Virus record (IMG/VR): IMGVR_UViG_3300047323_000694 | Location: 34,045-98,044 of that record | Length of the DNA stretch: 64,000 nt | Direction: 5' to 3' (one strand) | From: a virus | Shown here: piece after piece, positions 8,455-18,080 of the stretch | Layout: each line of letters starts with the position of its first letter | How positions within the stretch are numbered: the stretch's first letter is position 1 | Notes under the pieces: model-generated | The model's input: only the letters and a program-made list of their open reading frames with translations | Told to the model about the DNA's origin: nothing | Database searches by the model: none | Made by a program: the position numbers and the translations under genes

Positions 8455-9453
8455 TCAGTTTAAGTACGCCTTGCCTGCGTAGGCCGCGCCATGGGTTACT
8501 TGGACGGTGTTCGAGTCGACGTAGGAAACGTCGGGCACAATGACGTTACCGAGGGTGTCGACGACGGTCACTGATGGGTATCGGTTCAGGTTATGCGGGA
8601 TGGTCCAGGTCGCGAGCGCGCTGGCCTGGGTGAACGTGTAGGTGCTGGCGCCGCCGGAGCCGGACGAAGCCAGTGCAGTGCCGTCCGCTCGCTGATAGCT
8701 GATGCAGCGCCAAGCTGTTGCGCCATCAGCCTGCACGATCATGGCGTCACCGTTCTGCACGGTGATGTTTGCGTGGGTAGGCAGTGTCAGATTGTTGCTG
8801 TGGACCAGCACCATGCCCGGCGCTACAAAGACGATTCGGCGGACGGCGCCATTAGTGGTGACAGAGGGATCTGCGATGCCGTAGATCATGTCCCCAACGG
8901 AGCCGCCCACGAAAGCCGAGTTGCCGTTAGCGCCGAATGTGACGATCCCAGAGATTATGCCGGCCGAGCCGTATGCCTCGTTTAGCGGGCCGGTCATCTG
9001 GCCGCCAGCCAATGGAAGCTTGGTTGGGTCTGGGGCGCCAATCAATGGCGTGCCGTCATACCGGCTATAGGCCAACATCTTGGCTTCATTGCCGGTCCCG
9101 GTCTTTTGGAAGATTGCTACATCTCCCGCGTGCGTGAGGATGTCGGCCTGGGAGAGATTCAGCAGGTGATAGCCATTCGCTGCGTTGTGAGTAAGCGTTA
9201 GCGAGCCGCCAAACGTTACACGCCAAGTGGTGCCAGATGGCGTAGCGCCTGCCCCCATATCAAAACCGGTCACGGTGCTGGTGCCGGTGAGCAATATGTT
9301 ATTGCTATTTGCGGCCTCCAAGCTCGGGAAGCTACCGCTAGCCACGGAAACCATTTCCGGCCCATAAAGAGCCCCGCGCAGCAGTAGCGCGTCGCCGACC
9401 GGGATCTGAACGGGCTGCCCGTCCTTGCGAACCAGCGTCAGACGGGAGGCCAT
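8455..9453 (-). CDS. Tail fibre protein with an internally duplicated domain
   Basis: Two related blocks ending YSRYDGTPL and YQRADGTAL; LPLAGGQMTGPL fibre motif; C-terminal WTIPHNLNRYPSVTVVD. Confidence 0.72.
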   Translation of the reverse strand: MASRLTLVRKDGQPVQIPVGDALLLRGALYGPEMVSVASGSFPSLEAANSNNILLTGTSTVTGFDMGAGATPSGTTWRVTFGGSLTLTHNAANGYHLLNLSQADILTHAGDVAIFQKTGTGNEAKMLAYSRYDGTPLIGAPDPTKLPLAGGQMTGPLNEAYGSAGIISGIVTFGANGNSAFVGGSVGDMIYGIADPSVTTNGAVRRIVFVAPGMVLVHSNNLTLPTHANITVQNGDAMIVQADGATAWRCISYQRADGTALASSGSGGASTYTFTQASALATWTIPHNLNRYPSVTVVDTLGNVIVPDVSYVDSNTVQVTHGAAYAGKAYLN

Positions 9454-9968
9454 TACAGCACCACGTAGTCGTAGTCGTCGGTGTCCAGCTCAGTCGCCGA
9501 CAGCGCTACGCCGATCTTCTGGTCAATAGTGCCTGAGGTTGCCGTGGTCGCGTCCAGTGCGGGAGTGATGACGCCGCCAGCAGTGCCGAGGTAGTAAGTG
9601 GCGCCCAGGGTCAGGCCGGTCAGTTGCGAGTTCACGCCATCGAGGTCGTAAACCGAGGCGTTACCGCCGGACGCCACGGCGGCAAGCACATAGCCATGAG
9701 CCGGGCGACCGTTCGAGTTGTCAGCCAAACGCACATTCACCACACCGGCATTGGAGAAGATGTTGACCAACTTCCCGGCCGCAATGGCCTCGCTCGCCGG
9801 AATGGATCGGCTGGATGGGCCGCTGCCTGCGTTGTACAGGGTCGGGTCCAGCTTGCCGTCAGCACCCAAGGCTGGAATCTTCCCGGCATCAGCAGAGCCT
9901 GCCGACGTGGTGATGGGGGTGTACTGCTGATTCTGGCCATTTACCCGGCGAAGAACTTTGTCTACCAC
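9453..9968 (-). CDS. Virion structural protein
   Basis: 171 aa, Gly/Ala-rich, in the tail cluster. Confidence 0.65.
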   Translation of the reverse strand: MVDKVLRRVNGQNQQYTPITTSAGSADAGKIPALGADGKLDPTLYNAGSGPSSRSIPASEAIAAGKLVNIFSNAGVVNVRLADNSNGRPAHGYVLAAVASGGNASVYDLDGVNSQLTGLTLGATYYLGTAGGVITPALDATTATSGTIDQKIGVALSATELDTDDYDYVVL

Positions 9969-9977
9969 GATATGCTC

Positions 9978-10445
9978 CTACGCCAGTAAAACCGGCTCAT
10001 TGAGGTCGATATAAAGGCGTGTCGCGCTGGTGGCGAAGCCAATGATGAAGTCCCAGCCGGAGGTCGGCGGGGTTTGAGTGAGTGCGCCAGTTGGGCTGCA
10101 CCAGACGACGCCCTCAGTCCACGACCACGATTGATCGTCGATGAAGCCTTGCGTCTGGATGCTGATGTCGGTGCCGGTGGTGGCGGATGTGATAGCCAGG
10201 CCGAGCGCTTGGAATACAGAAAGGGTCTGCGGATCGACCGCGAAGACCTTAGCCTGTGATTCGTAGACGACGCGCAAGGCGCTGATGGTTGCGCCAGCGG
10301 TGCGGACGATGGTCTGGATGCCGCCGCCCGTGTCGGTGCCGGGCCTGCCCTGTGCGCCGCGCTGGCCCACCATGATGGTGAATGCGCCGCCATCCTGACG
10401 AACGCTGCAGCACGTCGAGCCCCGAACCACGAAGGCCGAGTTCAT
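9978..10445 (-). CDS. Virion structural protein
   Basis: 155 aa; short collagen-like stretch GQRGAQGRPG; overlaps the upstream stop. Confidence 0.62.
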   Translation of the reverse strand: MNSAFVVRGSTCCSVRQDGGAFTIMVGQRGAQGRPGTDTGGGIQTIVRTAGATISALRVVYESQAKVFAVDPQTLSVFQALGLAITSATTGTDISIQTQGFIDDQSWSWTEGVVWCSPTGALTQTPPTSGWDFIIGFATSATRLYIDLNEPVLLA

Positions 10446-11047
10446 TTGGTCACCTCGGCGCCGACACTGACCTTGCTGATGGCTGTAATCGGATAGACGT
10501 TGCCCCCAGGGGTGATCAGTTCGAGGTCGTAGACGCCGCGCGTCCAGTCAATGGCTGCGGTTACGATCGGGCTCAGACGGACGACCAGCGCAGCCAGGGC
10601 CTCGTCGATATCGATCTCGCCATCCGGATCAGTCGAGGAATCCGAACTCAGGGTCAGTAGGATCTTGCCGTCTACCTTGTCGCGGATCTGCATCCGAGCA
10701 GAGCAGCCCGTCAGGTCGAAAGGGCGATTGAAGATGACCAGGCCGCCAGCGGTGTAAGTGCGCCAGGAGTCGGCCCGGACGGCGTTCAACTCGATGACGC
10801 TGGGACTGAAGGTGGACGCGAAGTAGAAGCTGTCGTCTTCGCTGTTCAACTCTTCAGGCTGACGAACGCCCTCGATGCGGACCGGCCAGCCATCAGGGAT
10901 TTCATGATTGGCGACAGTCAGGCGTACAGGCGCTGTGTTCGGCATGCCAGTAATAGGCAGATAGACCAGCTCCTTGTCCGCATAGCGGTACATGAACTCG
11001 AATGTCTTGCCTCTGACGATGTTGATGTCGACGACGGGGGCGCCCAT
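10442..11047 (-). CDS. Tail/baseplate-upper-like structural protein
   Basis: PFDLTGCSARMQIR..GVYDLEL motif typical of BppU-like Ig domains. Confidence 0.65.
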   Translation of the reverse strand: MGAPVVDINIVRGKTFEFMYRYADKELVYLPITGMPNTAPVRLTVANHEIPDGWPVRIEGVRQPEELNSEDDSFYFASTFSPSVIELNAVRADSWRTYTAGGLVIFNRPFDLTGCSARMQIRDKVDGKILLTLSSDSSTDPDGEIDIDEALAALVVRLSPIVTAAIDWTRGVYDLELITPGGNVYPITAISKVSVGAEVTK

Positions 11048-11124
11048 GGAAATCTCCTGCGATTTCCGTGGACGTTATGTGGCTGGACTCTTTACGCAAC
11101 AGCGACTCACAAGGAATCGCGGGC

Positions 11125-11151
11125 AACAAAAAGCCCGCACTTGGCGGGCTT
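11125..11151 (-). terminator. Terminator closing the TA moron
   Basis: Minus strand AAGCCCGC-CAAGT-GCGGGCTT-TTTGTT. Confidence 0.7.
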
Positions 11152-11160
11152 GCAATAAAG

Positions 11161-11673
11161 CTACGATTCCTCTTCGGTTCCCGTAGGCTCTACCTGAACA
11201 TCGTATGGGGAGCATTGTGCCAGCAAGGCCGAAAAATCACCTGGAACCTTTCCGGCATTCAGCATCGAGGCGAAGACGGCATATACATCATGCTTGTCAC
11301 CATCTTTGCGTATCGAATCTAGATCATTCAGCCATACGTAAATGATGGTTTTAGGAGCATCGGTGCGGAACTGGAAAAACAGTCTGTAGCGAGGTGCCAT
11401 TCCTTGCTTCTTGACCCTAAACCAATGCTTGTTGGATTTTCCTAGCTTATTCCCCTGTCGATAATTCGGATGCGCAGGGTCATTGGGCACATTCACCCGC
11501 ACATTCTCATCGATTGCTTCAAGAAGCTTGAAAGATGGGTGGCGATGAAACCCATCTGGATTGCTTTGAGCGGCGCGCTCAACCTCTTGGGTTAATTGCT
11601 CTAGGCGCTCAAGAAAAAAAGGGTGAGCATAAAGAGCCCACCCGTTTACGATATGCAATGAGCTTTCAGGCAT
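11161..11673 (-). CDS. yhaV: YhaV-family ribonuclease toxin
   Basis: NGWALYAHPFF, P.DP...YRQGN.LG...KHWFR.K, RYRLFF, IIY.W.ND..IRK.G...D.Y.VF..ML. Confidence 0.85.
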   Translation of the reverse strand: MPESSLHIVNGWALYAHPFFLERLEQLTQEVERAAQSNPDGFHRHPSFKLLEAIDENVRVNVPNDPAHPNYRQGNKLGKSNKHWFRVKKQGMAPRYRLFFQFRTDAPKTIIYVWLNDLDSIRKDGDKHDVYAVFASMLNAGKVPGDFSALLAQCSPYDVQVEPTGTEEES

Positions 11674-11679
11674 AAATTG

Positions 11680-11880
11680 TTAGCCTTCTTGTAGCTCGCT
11701 TCGACGATTTTGGTCAGCTTTTGCGCGAAGAGCCTGGATGCGATTCAGCAGCCCGCTCGGGATGGGCTTTACGCTGTCGGGATTGCTCGCAATATCATCA
11801 TGAAGCAAATCAAGAAATCCGGCATCAGCTTCGCGTTCTGCTTTCTTTTTCGCGAAAGAAGCAACATTACTATGAGACAC
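11680..11880 (-). CDS. Minimal PrlF/SohA-like antitoxin (toxin-binding part only)
   Basis: FLDLLHDDIASNP..V.PI...LLNRIQAL resembles the PrlF C-terminus; own RBS; 66 aa with no AbrB domain. Confidence 0.7.
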   Translation of the reverse strand: MSHSNVASFAKKKAEREADAGFLDLLHDDIASNPDSVKPIPSGLLNRIQALRAKADQNRRSELQEG

Positions 11881-12098
11881 GGCGTCTCTCCCTATGGGGG
11901 TGTAAGCAATCTCTTTTCGAGATGATGGCCTCGTTAGCAGGCCCGCACGATCAATGCACGGCTTGTCTTGGGTGACACTGACGGCACCTGAATTATGGGT
12001 ACTAGTGCCACTTCATTCAAGAGACAGCTTGGTTCAGAATGCCACACCTGCCGGGCTTCAGACCGTACGGCTCAATGAAACCAACGGCTTAGCCGTCC

Positions 12099-12134
12099 CG
12101 CGCCACGAAAAATATATTTTCGAAATGTGGCGCG
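12099..12134. repeat. Palindrome CGCGCCACG-N18-TGTGGCGCG (copy 1 of 4)
   Basis: Related copies at 39419-39455, 48279-48314 and 58319-58355. Confidence 0.75.
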
Positions 12135-12282
12135 AACGAACCGCTGGACGATTCATCGTAGGAATCGGCGTAATTTTCATGGTTTTTTGCACGATTTAGC
12201 GCTGTATTGACCGTTTTGCAATTAATCTCAAAATCGAATTCGGCACCGGATTTACAAAATCCGATCGTTTCGGCGCCGGAAT

Positions 12283-12678
12283 TTAATACGCGTAACCGTT
12301 GCGACGGGCGTCCGCCTCAGCTTTGCGACGCTCGAAAGCTTCTTTGCGCTCCCTCTTAATCTCGCGCTTACCAACGGCAGTCGTGGTATCTGGAATCACC
12401 ACGACTCCGCTGGTCCGTTGACCGCCCGACTCCATCCTGTTCTGGTGCGTCATCTGAGCTGCGCGCAATTGGCTTCGGACGATCTCTGCGCTGACGGCTT
12501 CAGGATTATCGAGGTGCGTATCGGCGGTCGGAGAGTAAAGTGTCGACTCTCCCTCCCATGCCGGGCATGGCGTGAAGGCAAAGCTGGTCTTACCTTCCCT
12601 GTCGACGCATTTGTAGGAGTCGGCCACTGCGGCCTGGCTGGCGAGTATTGAGACTAAAACGATTATCTTCCTGACCAT
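12283..12678 (-). CDS. Exported protein, DUF4124-like
   Basis: Signal peptide followed by YKCVDREGKTSF...PC. Confidence 0.65.
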   Translation of the reverse strand: MVRKIIVLVSILASQAAVADSYKCVDREGKTSFAFTPCPAWEGESTLYSPTADTHLDNPEAVSAEIVRSQLRAAQMTHQNRMESGGQRTSGVVVIPDTTTAVGKREIKRERKEAFERRKAEADARRNGYAY

Positions 12679-12720
12679 GGGTTTCTTCCTTGTGTTCGCC
12701 GCTTACTCTACCGAGCGGAT

Positions 12721-13143
12721 TCAGAAATGCACGCAATGCCCGAAATAGACGACATCATCATCCGCGAACACAAATGGTTTCGCAGACTCATCTACATATT
12801 CAGCAATATTCAAGGCCTGCAATACCGTACCGGGCCCACCGCTCTGCTGGGACGTTACCGCAGTTACCACCTTAAGCGCGTTTTCAGAGGAGCCGTAGTC
12901 GATGACTATTGGCTTTGTGATGTAGGCGTTCTTTAGGGCTCCGGACATCACTCCATCAGCTCTGTTGACGGTGAAAACCTTGCCGATATAGCTATCCTGA
13001 AAAGTTTTCGCGACAGCGTCGTTGTCATGCATCGAGGATGTGACGCGCTTGATCGTGCACTGGTAATCAGGCATGCCTGTCATGGCGGCGGGCGCGGCCT
13101 GGCTGACAAGCAGCCCAGCAGCGAGGGCAATCATCCTGATCAT
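12721..13143 (-). CDS. Exported hypothetical protein
   Basis: Signal peptide ending QAAPA-A; two Cys near the termini of the mature protein. Confidence 0.65.
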   Translation of the reverse strand: MIRMIALAAGLLVSQAAPAAMTGMPDYQCTIKRVTSSMHDNDAVAKTFQDSYIGKVFTVNRADGVMSGALKNAYITKPIVIDYGSSENALKVVTAVTSQQSGGPGTVLQALNIAEYVDESAKPFVFADDDVVYFGHCVHF

Positions 13144-13165
13144 TGAGTTGTCCTTGAGGTGTTAG

Positions 13166-13384
13166 CTATCTATTCGAGCGAAATCCTTCGATCACCCAGT
13201 TGATACCGGCGATCAGGGCGTATAGACAAACCACGGGCATGAGGACATACCAGAAGCAGTCATGAATCCATCTGGTGTTCTCAATGTTGACAGCGCCAGC
13301 GCCCAAGATCCAGATTACAGAAATCACCAGCCATAGACGGCGTAATCCAATTCTGTACGACGGCTTCGAGTTGATATCGCGCAT
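13166..13384 (-). CDS. Small two-TM membrane protein, paralog A (candidate superinfection exclusion)
   Basis: MRDINSKPSYRIGLRRLWLV...LYALIAGINWVIEGFR; clear paralog of 17865-18080. Confidence 0.72.
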   Translation of the reverse strand: MRDINSKPSYRIGLRRLWLVISVIWILGAGAVNIENTRWIHDCFWYVLMPVVCLYALIAGINWVIEGFRSNR

Positions 13385-13422
13385 GGCGTCCTGATCCGGG
13401 GAGCAAGACGCCATCATAGTGG

Positions 13423-15822
13423 TTATGGCGTGACAGTGGTAGGCGGCAGCTCGACAGGCTTCGGCTTTGCTGGCTGCGGCGTCTGATCTGTCGTCAGGTA
13501 AGCGACTGGGCCGACCGTGCGGATTTGGTTCTGCGCATCTTCGCCCAAGGCAGCGAACCACTTCCGGTAGGCCAGGGTGCGCATGAGCTGCGCCTCCCGC
13601 GCTTTCATCCGGCCGATCTGGGCACCATCGGTGCTGGTTGCCGTGTAGATGGCGTCACGGAATTTTGGGCTGGCGATCAGTTTCTCTGCAGCTTCTTTTA
13701 TAGGCGTCTTCTCTTTCGAGAACGCAGTAGACAGCACGCCGATGGTCCCGGCGCCAGGGAAGCCCAGTGTACTGGTGACGCCCTCGGCCGCCCCAGCCTT
13801 CTTGCTGACATCCCAAACCCTCGACAGCAGCCCGCCCTCGTCGGCGTATTGCTCGAGCAGATTTATCGAGTTGAGGCGCCCCGTGGTGATTCGCTCTTTC
13901 GAGGCCTCTCGCATACCGCGCGCCACCGTAGCAATGTCGTCCAGTGTCTTTGCCGCGTCGGCGGGCAGGTATTGGGTCAGTCGATTCTTCGCTGCGCCGT
14001 TTCGGCTGAGGCTGTCGTACCAGTCCACAAAGCCTGGTGCGCTGAGTTGCTGCTGCGCACCGCTCCGCTTCGTAAAAGCATTGTTCAGGGCAGTCAATAC
14101 TGCTTCCTGACGCAGATTGGCCGGAATCAGCGTAACCAGCTTGTCGAAATCCTTGAAGTTTCCGCTACCCAGTTTCTCCACGGCAGATCCGAAGGTCGAA
14201 CTGATAGACCCAGACATGTCCTTGCCGATAGCCTGGATCAATCCGTCTTCCAGGCCCTTGCGCTGGGCGACGACCGATTTTGCCGCGGTAAAGATGTTCC
14301 CGACACCGGCGGCGTCCGCGACCGCCTGCTGGTCCTTGCTGAGATTGGCGTATAGAGCATCCAGGGTGCGGGAACTGGAGTTGGCGAACGGCCCGCGACC
14401 CTTGTACCCATCGCCGACGGACTTGCGAACCGAGTCCAGCGCTGCGTAGGTCGGGTGCGTAGTGATTGTCTGGACTGTGCCGGGAATCAGCGGGTTCGGA
14501 ACAGTCTCGACCTTGGGCGCGAGGATATTGAGGGCCTTTCGCTCGTCGGCCGACAGCAGCGGAGCCCCGCCGAAGTCTGCCGATCGCCCCCGGATGTAGC
14601 TGATCGTTGAGTCGGCCGGCGCCTGGGTCTGCGCCGGGATTGCCTTCGACACATTCGAATAAAGGTCTTCAGCCTGCTTGTTCAGCCCTTGAATAGTGCT
14701 TTGGCTTTGAGTTCTGAACTTGTCGGAGAATGCGCTTTTGTCCAACGACCCGCCGTATTGCACAATGAGATCGTCGGCTTTCTGTGCCAGAGCTGCGTAG
14801 GACTCCTTCTGCTGGGCGTTCAGTACGCTACCCGGCACCGAAGCCAATGCCTGCTCAATCTCGCGATAGGACTGGCTGCGTGAATACTGTGACGGGATCA
14901 GCTTCTCTTTCAGCCCTAGCCGGTCAGCAGCGCCAAGGATTTCTTGGTTTGGCGCAACTTCTTCTGCCAGGTCGGCGACTTTCTGTGCCTGCGTGCGCGG
15001 AGTGGCTTGGGCAGCATCCGCTGCCGCCCTGACCGCGCCAGCCTGCTCAGATGCCACGTCGGCCGTGCCGCCAGCAGCATTCGCAGCGGCTTGATCGTTG
15101 CGGGCCGTTTGGATGGCTGCCTGCTGAGTCGTTAGCTCGGCCTCGGTCTTGTTCGCCGCGCTCCGAGTGAGCGCCCCGGCGCCGCCGATTACTGCCGGGA
15201 GCGCGCCACCCAGGACGCCACCAATCGCTGCGCCCTTTGCAGCCTCAGGTATACGCTCAAGCGGGTCGCCCTCGGCGGAACCAAAGCCGTAAGCCGCTCC
15301 ATATCCCGCGCCATACAGCGCGCCCCGGCCGACATTTGCTGCGAGACTCGCCCCGGCCGTGGTGCCGCCGGTGAGCACGGCTGGCGCAATACCGCCGACC
15401 AGGCCGCCCGCAATTGTCGCAACCGGGTGCTGATCCTGCGCTGCCTTCAGTAGGCCGCGTTGTTCATCGACGTTCTTGTCGTAGCGATCGCCGAATGACT
15501 CGCTACTGTCGCCAGTGCCGAAGACTGGCTGCAGTGCCGCCTTGGCGCCACCGACAAGCTCGTCAGAAAGGCCGAACGTGAGGCCGTCGCCAGCCCCGCG
15601 CAGGAATGCTTCGCCGGTGCCGACATCTGGCGGCTTAACGTAATTGTAGGCTTGCGGCCCGCTTGCCGGAGCAGTGGCGGCGCCCGAAGGCGCTGGCGCT
15701 ATAACCGGGTCTGCGTCCCATACATTGGCGACTTCGGGGGCGGCGGCCTGCGGCAGCGGTGCTGGTGGCGCAACTGCTGGTGTTGGCGACTGAACAACCG
15801 GATCCTCATCCCACGCGGCCAT
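13423..15822 (-). CDS. Internal virion / DNA ejection protein (large)
   Basis: 799 aa; Gly/Ala-rich hydrophobic segment (GAGDGLTFGLSDELVG), helical; podovirus ejection-gene position. Confidence 0.72.
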   Translation of the reverse strand: MAAWDEDPVVQSPTPAVAPPAPLPQAAAPEVANVWDADPVIAPAPSGAATAPASGPQAYNYVKPPDVGTGEAFLRGAGDGLTFGLSDELVGGAKAALQPVFGTGDSSESFGDRYDKNVDEQRGLLKAAQDQHPVATIAGGLVGGIAPAVLTGGTTAGASLAANVGRGALYGAGYGAAYGFGSAEGDPLERIPEAAKGAAIGGVLGGALPAVIGGAGALTRSAANKTEAELTTQQAAIQTARNDQAAANAAGGTADVASEQAGAVRAAADAAQATPRTQAQKVADLAEEVAPNQEILGAADRLGLKEKLIPSQYSRSQSYREIEQALASVPGSVLNAQQKESYAALAQKADDLIVQYGGSLDKSAFSDKFRTQSQSTIQGLNKQAEDLYSNVSKAIPAQTQAPADSTISYIRGRSADFGGAPLLSADERKALNILAPKVETVPNPLIPGTVQTITTHPTYAALDSVRKSVGDGYKGRGPFANSSSRTLDALYANLSKDQQAVADAAGVGNIFTAAKSVVAQRKGLEDGLIQAIGKDMSGSISSTFGSAVEKLGSGNFKDFDKLVTLIPANLRQEAVLTALNNAFTKRSGAQQQLSAPGFVDWYDSLSRNGAAKNRLTQYLPADAAKTLDDIATVARGMREASKERITTGRLNSINLLEQYADEGGLLSRVWDVSKKAGAAEGVTSTLGFPGAGTIGVLSTAFSKEKTPIKEAAEKLIASPKFRDAIYTATSTDGAQIGRMKAREAQLMRTLAYRKWFAALGEDAQNQIRTVGPVAYLTTDQTPQPAKPKPVELPPTTVTP

Positions 15823-17801
15823 TAGCGTTTACTCCTGTGGACGCCATTCGGGTCGATGTACTCGGCGCCAGAGGGGAGTGCCGCATAGCCAGCGGCGTCG
15901 ACAATCTGTACAGGACCGCTAATAACGGGTGGAGTTTGGGGCTGCGCAGCGGGCGCCTGGCTCTGGGCTTGCTGGGTCGCCTGTGGTTTTCCTGCGTTCG
16001 GATTGGCTTTTTCGTACTCGGTGAGCTTTCCAGAAAGTCTTTCTGCGATATCTGAAAGCCTCTGTTTCGTAGCGCCTACAGAGCCGTTGATACCTTTATC
16101 GCCAATATTTAGACCCGACCCCACCTGCGACAAAAACGTGATGTCTTTATCGGTAAGGACGCCGCTCATAAGTTTCAAATTGTCGACTGTTAACAGGGTT
16201 TGGAGTCTTTGAGCTTTGTTGACTAGATCTTGAGATTCGTCGCGCAATGTCGGAACCTTTGACCGAACTGTGCCGGTTACATCGTCCAGGCTTTTAGAGC
16301 CCGCGATATCACCAACCAGCTTCAACGCTTCTTTGCTCAGGTCATAAGCACCGGCTTTTTGTGTAGTCAAAGCCTGAGCCGCGTTCGCCGCATCGGTTTT
16401 GCGCTTATCGATCTCAAGCTGGTTGAGTTGCCGTTGCTGCCCGGCGGCGCCCGTGCCATTGGCCTCACCGGTCAGTTTTGCGGTCTCGGCTTCGTTTTTG
16501 CCGATCTGAGACTTGGCAAGGCCAGGGGCTGTATCTGTCTCAGCCCTTGTTTTCCCTGCCTCAGCATTGGTTTTGCCGATTTGCGCCTGCTGCACTTGTC
16601 TGGCGAGCGCCTTCGAGCCGTCTGGGTCGATGACAGAATTGTATGCAGCCTTAGCCTGTGGCGTAGCATCAGGCGCGGCGGCGGCAACCCGAAGGTCTTC
16701 GACGTTCTGAGCCTGTCGCGCCTGAGCTGCTGCGGAACGCTGGGCCTGTCCAGAGGTGATCCCGTTTTGGGCATTCAGAATTGCTTGCTGGTCGCTCTGA
16801 CGCCCCTGCTGATCAAGAGCTGCCTGCGCCAGGTCATTCCGTGTAATCGGCTGGCTGCTGTCCCTGATCGTGTTGACACTTGAATCAATGCTTGCCTGCT
16901 GCCGAGCAATGGCGAGTGCGTCCTGCTCTTTGTACCCCTGCCGAAGATCAGCCGCCTTCTGGAATCGATCCATGGCCAGCTTGGCATCGCCTTGGTTGAA
17001 TTGCGAAAACGAGCCCACGCCATCACCCATGTTCTTAGCCGACCCCAGCGCCGCGAACGACGGGCCGGAACCAGCAGCATTCTCGATGTTCGCCTGATCG
17101 GTCGGGGACAGGGTTTTAGGGTCGTTTACAGGCGCCATTCCGTAAGCGCTCCGCAGGTCGGTTTTGTCATTCGAGAACGACGCCGTGCCATCCGGATTGA
17201 GCTTGCCTACGATGCTTGCCCGGCCATTCGACGTATCGGCAGTGCCGACTACCGGCCGATAAGCATCACCAAGAGAGGTAACGGGTGGCTGGACATTGGC
17301 TTGGGCCGTCGTATCGATGCTGCGCAAGTCCGGGGCTGTCGGCGCTGGCGTCGCTACCGCTGGCGGTGCTTCAGCAATTGGCGCTGGCTGCTGCTGGGCC
17401 GCGAGCTGTGGATTTTGCAGGAGGCTGCGGCCGATATTGGCTCCAGCCTCCGCAAAACTGGTAGGCGTCTGAGCAGGTAGGCCAGTGCTTTGCGTGTATG
17501 CCTGTGACAGGTCCGGAGGTGATGCTGCCGGAGGTGATGCTGCAATTCCAGCGGGCAGTGCCGATGAAAGGCTGGGCATGCTTGTTGGCGTGGGTGTTGG
17601 CGCTGATACCGGATCTGGCGTAGAAGCTGGCGCAGTCTGCGGCGCGACCTGGCTTAGACTAGTAAGCTGCTGTGACGCCTTGGCGATCGGGCCAGTGTTC
17701 GTGATATCGAACGAATTTGGCCTCAACCCCATTTTGGCCGCGCGCTCGGCGGGCGTCATATAAGTGCTCGCCATCTCACCAATCAAATCACCGACAGCCA
17801 T
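15822..17801 (-). CDS. Internal virion / DNA ejection protein
   Basis: 659 aa, Ala/Gln-rich; LTVDNLKLMSGVLTDKDI resembles P22 gp20-like proteins; C-terminal ALPSGAEYIDPNG. Confidence 0.7.
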   Translation of the reverse strand: MAVGDLIGEMASTYMTPAERAAKMGLRPNSFDITNTGPIAKASQQLTSLSQVAPQTAPASTPDPVSAPTPTPTSMPSLSSALPAGIAASPPAASPPDLSQAYTQSTGLPAQTPTSFAEAGANIGRSLLQNPQLAAQQQPAPIAEAPPAVATPAPTAPDLRSIDTTAQANVQPPVTSLGDAYRPVVGTADTSNGRASIVGKLNPDGTASFSNDKTDLRSAYGMAPVNDPKTLSPTDQANIENAAGSGPSFAALGSAKNMGDGVGSFSQFNQGDAKLAMDRFQKAADLRQGYKEQDALAIARQQASIDSSVNTIRDSSQPITRNDLAQAALDQQGRQSDQQAILNAQNGITSGQAQRSAAAQARQAQNVEDLRVAAAAPDATPQAKAAYNSVIDPDGSKALARQVQQAQIGKTNAEAGKTRAETDTAPGLAKSQIGKNEAETAKLTGEANGTGAAGQQRQLNQLEIDKRKTDAANAAQALTTQKAGAYDLSKEALKLVGDIAGSKSLDDVTGTVRSKVPTLRDESQDLVNKAQRLQTLLTVDNLKLMSGVLTDKDITFLSQVGSGLNIGDKGINGSVGATKQRLSDIAERLSGKLTEYEKANPNAGKPQATQQAQSQAPAAQPQTPPVISGPVQIVDAAGYAALPSGAEYIDPNGVHRSKR

Positions 17802-17864
17802 TTATCGTCACTCCACCACAGTTAATGATGGCGACGTTATGTGGCTGATTATGGATTGGAAGGG

Positions 17865-18080
17865 CTATTTGCCAGCGCGAAAGCCTTCGACTATCCAGCT
17901 TATGCTGAATGCCAGAGCGTAGAGGCCTACTATCGGCAGAAGCCCCGAGAGAATGACATTGATCGTCGACGTTCTTCCTGCGATAACGGTCAGATCGAAT
18001 ATCAGCCAGAGCACGGAAACGACCAGCCATAGGCGACGAAGCCCAGCCTTGCGTGATGGTCTTGAGTTAATGTCGCGCAT
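17865..18080 (-). CDS. Small two-TM membrane protein, paralog B
   Basis: MRDINSRPSRKAGLRRLWLV...LYALAFSISWIVEGFR. Confidence 0.72.
   Translation of the reverse strand: MRDINSRPSRKAGLRRLWLVVSVLWLIFDLTVIAGRTSTINVILSGLLPIVGLYALAFSISWIVEGFRAGK

Noticed and set aside
12237-12283. Imperfect inverted repeat CGGCACCG..CGGCGCCG as a fifth palindrome copy
   Set aside because: Arms differ from CGCGCCACG; it may simply be a 3' hairpin of the upstream moron
13423-17801. Tape-measure protein / long-tailed phage
   Set aside because: No tail tube, sheath or assembly-chaperone genes recognised; P22/N4-like portal and gene order indicate ejection proteins
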